A stretch of DNA of 64,000 nucleotides from the human T2T-CHM13v2.0 reference genome, Homo sapiens, in the NCBI RefSeq assembly GCF_009914755.1, contig NC_060933.1; one strand, 5' to 3'. The position numbers were made by a program, and so were the translations under genes. The notes under the pieces are model-generated. The model saw nothing but the letters and a program-made list of their open reading frames with translations. It searched no databases and was not told the origin of the DNA. This document shows, piece by piece, positions 36,129-61,913 of this stretch (positions are counted from its first letter, which is position 1; every line of letters begins with the position of its first letter).

Positions 36129-36643
36129 AACGCTGTTTTTACTGTTGTTTCCTTTTTTAACCTAAGGTATCTTAGAAGTCACCCTACATTAGTGCATATT
36201 AAACATTGTTCGTCTTAATGGCTGCACAGTATTCCACTGTATGGATTATTTTTTAATTTGGTTGCCGGTACTGTTATCAGCCAGGGAATTTGCGAGGACC
36301 CAGCGGGATTTATGGAGCTGCAGAGTTGGAGTCTGGGGACCCAATTCCAACCCCAGATCTGTCCAGAATTCTGTTGTCTCGGGTATCATCTCCACCGGCG
36401 CGGTCGTGGGAGGGGGATTTGGGTGCAGACAGGACCAGCCCCAGTGTCCGAGCGAGAATCAGCGAGCAGCACGCGCAGTTGATTCCCGCGGGCGGCTCAA
36501 TCATTCTGTGCAGCCACTCCGTTATACTTAGTAGCATCAAACTCATTAAGCACTCTAGCACAACCAAGCTCGGAACCGTTAGCCGACCCTCCCAGCCTCG
36601 GCACCTGACCTTGGGGAAGTGGCGCTCCGACACAGCTACTCAC

Positions 36644-36720
36644 CCTCACCTGGGCCGCTTCACCCCTCGTTCCCAAGTACACCCCGTAGGTTGCAGCAGT
36701 CCCTGTCCCTTTAAGGGGGC
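36644..36720 (-). other. KYAT1: KYAT1 non-coding exon 1 (5' end approximate)
   Basis: The minus strand reads ...aagcggcccaggtgagg|gtgagtag, a donor after 36644 (alternative CAG|gtgagg after 36650), inside the CpG island and pointing toward the exon at 185. The TSS cannot be fixed from sequence alone. Confidence 0.6.
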
Positions 36721-36879
36721 CGAGCCCGGCTCCGCTACTTCCGCCCCGAAGCAGCAGGGCGCTAGCGCGGAGGCGAGAGCGGGAGAAAGCGCCGCTAGAA
36801 TTCTCCTCATAAAGATGGCGACGCCCTGGCCGCCGCGTTCGCGCCCGGCGGTGACGTCACTTCCGGGGCGGAGGAGGCT

Positions 36880-36997
36880 GAGTGGTGCAGTGAGGGACAA
36901 ACAAAAGGAGGCGCCGGAGCAGCGCTGCGGCCGGCGGCGGGACGGAGCGGCCGGGGCCTGGGGCTGCCTGCCGGGCGGCCGGGCGCGGCGAGCCCAG
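36880..36997 (+). other. LRRC8A: LRRC8A non-coding exon 1 (5' end approximate)
   Basis: GC-rich, ATG-free segment just downstream of the ETS/CRE/GC-box cluster, ending at a strong donor CAG|gtgagt (36997/36998). Confidence 0.75.
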
Positions 36998-38458
36998 GTG
37001 AGTGGACGGGGTGGGGAAAGGGGCGCGAGCTGTCACCTCTCGAAACCCACTTACACACGCCCTCGGCCAGCTGCCCGGCCCGGGGCGCCCGGGGCATCTG
37101 GGGCTCTGTCTCCGGGCCGGCCCCCTGGGGACCTCCCGCGGTGTTCGGCCTACCTCTGGGCTCCCCAGTGCCCGGAGTCTCCGGGGCACCACCTTCTCGC
37201 CGGCTCCGCGGCGCGCGAGCCCCCTCCCAGGCACCCCTGTGCCTCCTTGTGCTTCAGAAACCAGGAGTTTCCGCCTCGGCTCCCCCATGTCCCCTTGTCA
37301 TCCCCTGGGTCCCCCCAGATCCTCACCCCTCCACACACACTCTCCCGTTCCTAGAGGTTCCACCTCTGGGCTCTCTCCTTGCCATTTCTTTTTCAAAGAT
37401 TTCCTTAGCTGTCTTCTCCTGAGTTCCTGGTCCCCTTCTCTTCCCTTGCACCCCTCCTTCCTATCGTTCCGATGGGGGCAGTGCCCTGACTTGGGGGCAG
37501 GATCCCCGGCTAGGCTCTTGGGGCCTTTCTGGGATGGGATATTTGGGAAGACCGGTCCGGAATCTAAGAACCCAGACCCTGTCCCAGTCCTGTGCATTCA
37601 GGTGGGCCCGAGGGCGAGGCGAGATCCAGTGAGGTCCAGGCCTGGTGCAGCCCTAGGTGAGCTGGATACCCAGCAAACTGAGCTCCCAGGCTGAAGGGGC
37701 ATAGCTGGGGTCATGGAGTTCATGATGATTCTGCTGCTTTCGCTGACTGCTTCTTCCCCTTGATCTGGACCGGGGTGAACCGAGGTCTGCCGGTTCTCAG
37801 CTGTTGCGATTGTTGCCTTTTTTGGGAAGGAGGGATGGGTCGGGGGTTGTCTGGTAGCCGCCTCCTGATGGAGACTTGGCTGGAAGGGTGGGCGGTTCCT
37901 GGGTGAGCCACACTTCCACTGACTCCTCTTCCCCTGCCCTACCTCAGGAAGCCTTTTGAGAATGAGGTGTGGAGGGAGAGCACCTGGTAAGAGGAAGGGA
38001 ACTGGGGGAGCCCGAAGTTCCCAAGGACCTCTTCCACCTCTTCTGTTAGTAGTACTCTTAACCCCTGCCAAACTGTATTCTGCCCTTTGGAGCAGACAAC
38101 CTGGCAGACAGACAGGCTGTAAGAAGGGGGAGGAGATCGGCTGTTGCTGATACTTCCTGTGGAGGGGATGTGGGAGTGGGAGTTTGTTCAGAGAGACTGG
38201 GCAGTGCTGATTGCTCAGTCTCACTGGTGTTGCTTCCATGAAGGTCAAGTCTTCCTCTGGCTCATGAAGTGAGGCAAGGACAGATGACCTGTGCTGGAGG
38301 AGGCTGTTGTGGACATGCCAGGGATGAGTGACTGGGTGGCTGGTCTCTGCTTCCTTGTTTTCCTGGTCTCAGGGCTTTGGCATGGGGTCTGATGCCCTCT
38401 GCGTTCTAGGGACCATAGGGTACAGAGCAGGGGGTGCAGGGCCGGGCGTGGTGGCTCA

Positions 38459-38888
<430 letters not shown>

Positions 38889-39141
38889 TCACTGCCGTGG
38901 GTCAGAACTCAGGGAAGTGGCCGGACCCTGGGTTGCTGCCTGGCTTGGCCTGGACCTTGCCTGTAGGAGTTGGAGGGAAATCAGCCTGGTTCCTGACTGC
39001 CTCGTCTTAGAGTAGAGCTGATTCCAGGTTTTCACATGGAGAAACTGAGGCACACACTGATGGGCCAAGACCTCTTGGAGATTCAGGTGGGATGGATGTG
39101 GGGCTCTTAGAGCCCAGCACAGTGTCTCTCCATGCCTTGAC

Positions 39142-39167
39142 TCATTCATTCATTCATTCATTCATTC
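39142..39167. repeat. (TCAT)n short tandem repeat
   Basis: tcattcattcattcattcattcattc is directly visible; it is typical of an L2 tail remnant. Confidence 0.8.
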
Positions 39168-40468
39168 AGCCATTCTTTAGAAAGTGCCTGTCTTGGGCCT
39201 GGGATGGCTGGGAAAACATCCCTGGCCTCCTGAGAGCTGCAGTCTGGGAGGACAGGCAAACCAGAAGACACATAAGTTCTGATATACTGTGGCCACCATA
39301 TTAATAGAAATATTACAGAGGCAGCCCAGAGGAAGAAGGAATTAGCTCTGGGTGGTTATGTAGGGGGTGGTCAGGGTATGCTTTCTGGAAGAGGAGGGAC
39401 TAGAATAATTAGTGACAGGGAGTCCAGGGGCCCAAGTTCTGGACCTGGCTCTGCCATGGGCAGGTGATTGGACCACCCAGCCTCAGTGGGTGCCCCATCC
39501 TTGACAAGGAGGGTAGAGTGAGGTAGAGGTTGGCTTGGATGGCCTCCGTGCCTATATAGCTGTAGGTACTTTACTGCCTAGTCACCACCACCCCGTATGG
39601 AATTGCAGGGTTATTGACCTACCTCCCATGACGGCGGAGACCATCTTCCATGTCTGCCCTCCCAGCACAGGGCCTGGAACTTAGTCAATATAGTAAATAC
39701 CCAGTGGTAGAAATGATGGAAAAACAGCCATCCCTCCTAGATCAGTCCAGGTGTCTTTGTCTACCCCCGCCCTCCTCCTTCCTGGGTAACTCCTGCTGAT
39801 CCTTTGGCTCTCTCTGGTGGCTGGGCCACTCTCCCAGCTCCTGGCTCCCCGAAACCCGTGTCGTAGTGATCACAGCTTTCCCTACCCTGCCACTCCCATG
39901 CACAGTTCTGCACAGTGTCTGGCGCATATGGAGTAGATGCTCACCAGAGGCTGGTTGACTGTCGGAGATGATGGGTGGATTTGGTGTTTAAGTTGGAGTC
40001 TGGGCACTGGCTGGTCTCTGCCTGACCCAGCCACCCCACTGTGGCTCATCTCTTGCCACTTCCCCTCTCTGGCTCTGGATCTCGCCATGCCGAGCCCGCA
40101 AGCCTTCTCCAGATGCCATGTACTCTCTCCTCCAGGTAAACATGTGCTGTTCCTCCTGCCTGGAATGCTCTTTTTCCAGCTCCTACTCTTAGGAGTCAAC
40201 TCAGACAACTCCTCCTCCAGAAAGCCTTCCCTGACCCCACTAGTCTGGGTCTAGTGCTTCTCCTGGCTCCCCCGCAGCAGAGCTCTGAGCTCTCAGACCG
40301 TCGCTACTGACTTGGCACCTCCTCAGTAGACCAGGTTCTGGAGGGAGGTGCTCTGTCAGAACCTCTTTTGTCTGCCAGGCGCGGTGGCTCATGCCTGTAA
40401 TCCCAATACTTTGGGAGGCCGAGGCGGGCAGATCCCTGGAGGTTAGGAGTTTGAGAGCAGCCTGGCTA

Positions 40469-40639
<171 letters not shown>

Positions 40640-40761
40640 TCACCCCAGAGCCCAGCCAAGGGCCTGCTACCAAGCAGGCTCTCAGGAAGTGCTGGCGGTG
40701 TGGCAGGTAACTGCGACAGTCACACATGTGCCTGCTGACGGCAGCTCTCGCTTCCTTGTAG

Positions 40762-40868
40762 GGAGGCAGCGTCCATGGAGCAAAAGGAATGCCAGGATCC
40801 TGCACAGGCAGACGCGGGCCAGCCTCAGCACCGACAGCCGACGCGCAGATAGCAGAGCCATCCTTGGG
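40762..40868 (+). other. LRRC8A: LRRC8A 5'UTR exon 2 (107 nt)
   Basis: Branch-like gctgac, acceptor ctctcgcttccttgtag|GGAGG, donor GGG|gtaagg, and a local CpG-retaining stretch. Size and position fit the LRRC8A structure as I recall it. Confidence 0.8.
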
Positions 40869-41879
40869 GTAAGGACTGGGCCCCTCTCCTTCTCAGCCAG
40901 CTCCAGCTCCAGTCAAGTGCCCTTCCCAGCCTGGGGAGCAAAGGGTAGCATCTCCATCCCCACAGTCCTTTGCTTTTCTTGCTGTAGGTCCAGGGTAGAG
41001 TGGCAGACAGCAGAATTACTCTCTTCCTCCTTCTCCCGCTGAGTAATGTGTGCTTGCCGCACTCATTGAATGCTGAGTTGTTTCATTGCAAACCTCTGTT
41101 TTTTCTCCTTCACCCCAGATCTTATCAGTCTGGGTCTTGCTAATGCAGCCTCATGACCACATTTCCCAAAAAGCGTGGACCACGTTTCCCAAGTGTGTTC
41201 CATGAGACACCAGTTTCTTCGGTCACAGTGGTTTGATAATTCCAGGAAACAAAGACTTCTTGTTATCCTTGCTGCAGGACTTATCAGAGTCTTGAATCAG
41301 AGCCGTCATCAGGATTGAGCTGATCACGATAAGGGAGCTAGCGACTCGTGTTTCCCCACACTTATTTGATCGTGTAGACATCTTTGGGGACTGGGATTCC
41401 TTGGCCTGTGCTTTGGAAAACAGTTCCCAGAGGCAGGAGAGTCCCTTTAGAACATTTGGAGGATTAAATATGTTGACATAGAGCAGGCAGTTGGCAGAGT
41501 GCATGTCCTAGAAGGTGGTCCCGAGTCATAGCTGGTGTGTGTATAGACGGCTGTGTAATTTGCCAAACATACTCAGGTCGGTGATCTCATTTGACCATTT
41601 GAGGATGCTTAGGCAGTGGCCATTATCTCCAGTTTACAGATGTGGAAACTGAGAATCAGAGTGAGGAAGCAGCTTGCCCAGACTCATCTGTAAAGAAGGC
41701 AAGGACATGCGGCTTGAATCCAGACCCTGGAATCCTGGGCCAGGGTCTTCTGTTGTCTGCCCTGAGGCCTTCCTGCCTTTATCTCTCACCTCAGTTTTTT
41801 GTGTGAAGGAAGGCCTGAGTCTCCCAGCCTGGATTTTAAAAGAAATAGTAATTTTTTTTTTTTGTAATTACCAACATAG

Positions 41880-46327
<4,448 letters not shown>

Positions 46328-48644
46328 AAACGGCCTGCCTTCTAGGCCCTTCTGCCCCCAGGGCCCAGACCCAACACTGCCTTCTGGCCCTAAACCCAGG
46401 GCTAGGCTCCCTTCCAGAGCTTCCTTATAGCAGTACCCGTGAGACCAGAGGCATCTGAGTATGGCCTGATGGGGTTCCCTGTAGAGCCCTGGTTTCCATG
46501 TACCCCCTAAGGAAAAGAGTATCTTGTCTCAAGAAGTATCTTCAAGGGCCTGGGTCCCAGGTGGGTCCGGGAGGCCTGCTTGTCTTTGAGGCAGGTTGGC
46601 ACAATGGAAAGTCGGGCTTGGGGTGCATCTTCCCAGCTCTTCCTAGCTGTGTGGCCTTGGGCAGGTTACCAAACTTCTCTGGGCCTCCGACATCACACCC
46701 ATAAAAGGACTGATTTAAACTCTACCATAATAATAACAGCAGTGAACGTTCCAGAGCCTTACTGTATGGCAGGCACTAGTCCAAAAGCTTTATATGGACT
46801 GTCTCCTTCTGTCCTCATCACAGCCCTCCAAGCAATAGACTTGTCAACCCATTTTACAGATGAGGAAACCAGAGCCCAGCGAGGTGAAGGGACTTTCTCA
46901 CGGTCTCGTGGTGAGGTGGGTGCCACCTTGCTGCTATGCATGAAGGTTGGGAGATGGGGCAAGGACATACTGGGCACTTAGTTGACGGTCAGTAACTGGG
47001 CGCTCCTGCCCCAGCCTGGCAGGGCGAGGGCAGGTCCTGAGGCTGCACCTCCAGCCCCACCTGCTGCCTCTCTCTGCTTGGCTCCGGAGCTGCTGGGGGA
47101 AGCCCAGGTGGGTGTCCCTCACCTGTTGCCTTTCACCCTAGAAGGCGGGCCACGCCCTTGCAAGTTGGTGTGAGGATGAACCTGTTTGGGAGCCCAGCCC
47201 AGGTGAGAGCAGTTTGGAACTGACCCGTGCTCCCCTCCCCCTCCAGCCCTGGCGTCTCCCCTCTTCCTCTCCCCAGGAAGTGAGGGTGTACCCTTCTACA
47301 CAGGGCGAGTCCCAAGCCAGGCAACACCCCCAGCCAGCAGCCTCTGACTCACCCCAGCTGGGTGTGGGGGCCTCCAGGGCAGTGTCCGCCCTGGGGAGGG
47401 TGGAGGCTGTGTGTGCCAGACGAGGCTGAGACCTCTCCTCCCACTCTGGCTCTGGGACAGGGGAAGCACATGACCCATGGCCCGTGGTGGGAGCAGATCC
47501 ACAGGCTTGGAACCCTCCCGGGACAGGGCCTGTTGAGAGCGGCCCCTTCGCGCTCCCTGGGAGAGCACTGGAGGGCCAGCCTTCCCATCTCTGGTACAGG
47601 AGGGGTGCCAGCCTCCCGCCTCCCCTCCTGCTTGGGAAGTTTTCCCGGCTCAGCCTTGTTTGTGCTTTCACAAAAGGCTCTCTGTGCCCTGTTTACCCGC
47701 AGCCCGACTGCCTGCCGCCCAGGTGTGGGAGCCACGCCAAATCCCTGTGGGCCCACATGGGGTCTGGTGCGTGCTGGGGGGGTCTCTCTCTGGGACAGAG
47801 TGGGCAGCTTGTCATTTCTTGACTCCCTGTCTTCGAGAAGCATCCAGGGGATGTGGACTGGGGCTGAACCTAATGACTGGCTCTGAGAGCAGATGGCCAA
47901 CTCTGCCACACGGGGTCCTGAGCCTGGGAGGGTCTCTGAGTGGTCTGCGAGTTTTCGAGGTTCTGCGAGTCCTGGGGGGTCCTGTGGGTCTCTGAGTGGT
48001 CTGGCCCTGCTCAGAGACATGGTGCTTGAGGCTCCGCCCTCACCCAGGTCAGTCCCCACTGAATTCTGGGAGGGTCATCTGCGATGGCAGGTGGGACCGT
48101 GGAACGACAGCCTGAGTGTGCCCGGTGCTGTATTGACACATGATGCCTTACTTTTAATTCTCACGATAACCCATTTCACAGCTATAACCCATTTTAGGAT
48201 GTAATATTTCCATCTTGCAGTTGAGGACACAGAGGCTCTGAGGCCCCAGTGAGGCAGTAGTGGGGTTGGCGTTTGAGTTGCCCAACTCTGGGGTCTGAAC
48301 TCCTCCCTGCTCTGCTCCCAGGAGGTGAGGACCGCAAGCTGCTGAGCGTGAGTGTTACGAGGCAGGGCAGGGAGGATGAGGCTGACCTGTTTCTAATGTA
48401 CGGATGGCAGCTACGCATAAATTCTTTTATCATCCTGAGAAACCACACAGTGAGGAAGGTCTTTTGATTTATTTCCAAGCAGTTTTTCTACTCATAAACA
48501 TACCAGATTTAAATAATGGAAGAATGTATAATATAGACAGCCCTCTACAGTCTCACCACGAGTAGACTTAACTATATATAGTTCTGTGCATAGCTTTCTA
48601 AATTCTTTTCTGTACACAGTAATGAGTTTGTTATTGATATAATT

Positions 48645-53100
<4,456 letters not shown>

Positions 53101-54319
53101 TGATCCAGTAGCTTCTTTAACCAGGGTGTGCTTATTGTCCACCTACTGCGTGCCAGGCCCCGCCTGTCTCTTTACCAGGTGTCCTGGAGCCCTCTGATGG
53201 TTTTCCTTCTTCCATTTCCCAACTTAACTCTCGAATGCACTTTTCATTCACTCACCAGGTGTCTCCTGAAGTCAGGGTTGCTCTGGCAGGGCTGGGCCAG
53301 GCCTATTTTGCTCTCCACTTCCTGTTCACATCCACCCGCAGGCTCTGGCTGGCCTTGGCACACTGGATGTGTTGAATGTTTCAGGCCCTGGCCTTTTAGC
53401 AGCCCTCTAAGGCAGGGCCTATCTTTAGCCCCATTCAAAGATGGGGTAACTAAGGCTCAGAGAGGTGAAGTCACCTGCCCAACATCACAAGTAGCAGAGC
53501 CAGTCTGGCCCTGGCCCGGCCCTTGCCTCCAAGCTCATGTAGGCTTGCTCTCCACTGACCTGGGCTCTCACACAGGTAGTTTGGGAAGCCTCATTTCTGT
53601 GATCTTCATGATAGTCCTGAGAGCCCACAGGGCATTTGTCACCTTCCGCCATGTTACCATGGGGAACCAAGGTGCTGAGAGGGGAAGGCGTCCTGGCTCC
53701 TGGATAGCCCCTCCCTCTCTGCCAGCTGGAGGCCAGAACAGTCGGGACAAGGGGTGTCTGTGATGGTGGCGGCAGCTCTGCAGTCACAGCCCAGCAGTCT
53801 GACGCGGGGGTGGGCAGCTGAGGGGGAAGGAGGAGTCCAGGCTGGGCAGAGGCCTGGGCGCACCCACCCCTTGGCCCATTTTTTACACAACATGGACACA
53901 TGTTTAACAGGTTTGCTGCTCCTTTCTATACAGGGAAACTGAGGCCCTGGGAGAGAAGCTGTTCCACAGCTCCGCCAGGACGCAGTGCCAGCTGAGAGGG
54001 CCGAGCACAGGGAGGATAAGCAAGGGCACTTTCCGTAAGGCAGAGATAGCCCAGCCACCCCCACCCCACGCCTCAAAGGCTCCCTTCCCTTCCGGGGCAT
54101 TTCTGACCACACCCAGGTGCACCCCAAGAAGGGCTCTCGGTGGGGTCTGCTCCATCTGAATGGCCCACCCTGGAGGTGCTGCCTGTCTGGGCCCACTGTA
54201 AATCCAGGTTTGAACGCCACCTCTGTCACTTATAGGCGGTATGAAGTTGGGCAGAAGACTTCTGTCTCTGAGCCGGTTTCCGTGGTTATAAAATGGACAC
54301 CTTAAAAAAAAAAGCCTTA

Positions 54320-54665
54320 ACAAAAGGACATTCTCATATGTGTTAGAACGTGGTGAGCCTTGAGGACATTACGTTAAGTGATACAGCCCATCACAAAAGG
54401 ACAAATACCTTATGATTCCACTTACATGAGGTCCCTAGAGAAGTCAGATTGACAGAGAGAGGAAGTGGGATGGAGTGCTTGGAGGCGGTGGGAGGAAGGG
54501 GTGTCGTGTTTAAGGGGTGTGGGTTTCAGTTTAACGAGATGAAGAGAGTTCTGTGTATGGTGGTGATGGTTGCACAACAGTGAATGTGCTTCATGCCACT
54601 GAACTACACCCCTGAACATGGGTAAGATGGTACATTTTCAGTTACATGTGTTTTATGACAGTCTA
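54320..54665 (+). mobile_element. L1M (L1MB-like) 3' end fragment
   Basis: gagccttgaggacattacgttaagtga...cacaaaaggacaaatac...tatgattccacttacatgagg...ggttgcacaacagtgaatgtgcttcatgccactgaact. Confidence 0.75.
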
Positions 54666-55173
54666 AAAAAATTGAGGGGAAAAAATGGACCTGGAAACAA
54701 TGGGGACCTCCTGGCTCAGTGCAGGGGAGAATCTGGCCTTGGCCTTGGTTGTCTGTTTCTGAACTGGAACTGCTCTCTTGTGGGTATCTAGTCATCTGCA
54801 GTCCTGAGTTCCTGGGCAGGTCCTTGCACTGGGCCCCTCCCTGTGGGGATTCCTCAGGGCTGGGCAGGGAAAGGAAGGGCCCAGGCTTCCTGGCTTTAGC
54901 TGCCTTCCCTACCCCAGCCCCAACCCACATCCACCTGAAACTGCTGCTGGCCTCTCCACCACACCGGGGGCCCACGCCCTGCAGCACCCCACCCCACCTT
55001 GTCCCCTTTCAGGTGCTCTCTGGGAGAGACTCTGAGTGTATCGAGTCCTAACAATTGACTCTTGTCCTCAAAGAGAATCTGGCTTCACTAGGTGCTGAGG
55101 AGGTGGAAGAAAGATTATACCAGCCTGGGCTGACTGCGCCCCACTCTGCACAAAGCACTTTAAAAGCATTTGG

Positions 55174-61498
<6,325 letters not shown>

Positions 61499-61913
61499 TG
61501 AACTGGGAGTTTTAAATGTGTCCCTCTGGTCAATCTGTTCATTAAATAGGTGGACTTTAGAAAGGAGTTCCCGATTGCTCTTACTGGAATGCAAGGGATG
61601 GAGCAGAGAACCCTGAGGCTGCACTGGGGATCTGTCTAATCTCACTGTGCTCAGTCTTCCTGTGTATTAAATGGGGAGCCTGCCTGCCTCCCCCAGGGTG
61701 GTTTCCCAGCCAAGTGGCCACATGCTTTCTGCAGAAGGGCTGATAAGTGGGCTGCCCCGTGGAGTAGGCAGGCTTTGGCTCCCAGCTAGATTTGAGGTGG
61801 AATTTTGGACAATGGAAGAATTTTCATTGTCTTCTTCCCCTGACCCCTGGTCCTAGGAAAGCCAGGCCACCCTGTGCTAACCCCCCTCCTATGGCTCCCT
61901 TTTAGGTTGAACC

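Larger units (their letters stand above)
36380..37280. promoter_or_regulatory. CpG island / bidirectional promoter of KYAT1 (-) and LRRC8A (+)
   Basis: Very GC- and CpG-rich and Alu-free. Contains a YY1 motif AAGATGGCG (36812-36820), CRE palindrome GTGACGTCAC (36851-36860), ETS CACTTCCGG (36858-36866), GC box GGGGCGGAG (36865-36873), and divergent 5' splice donors. Confidence 0.9.

Noticed and set aside
36290-37354. 354-aa plus-strand ORF, and the overlapping 230-aa ORF at 37002-37694
   Set aside because: These span the CpG island across the TSS and the exon 1 donor. They are P/R/G/A/S-rich with no recognisable domain, and stop codons are simply rare in very GC-rich DNA.
37260-37660. Possible alternative LRRC8A first exon (donor-like cag|gtgggc at ~37601 and tag|gtgagc at ~37657)
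   Set aside because: Plausible, but its boundaries cannot be supported from sequence alone.
47138-48204. Cluster of overlapping 110-236 aa ORFs in LRRC8A intron 2
   Set aside because: This is GC-rich intronic sequence open on both strands, with no domain similarity or clear splice support.
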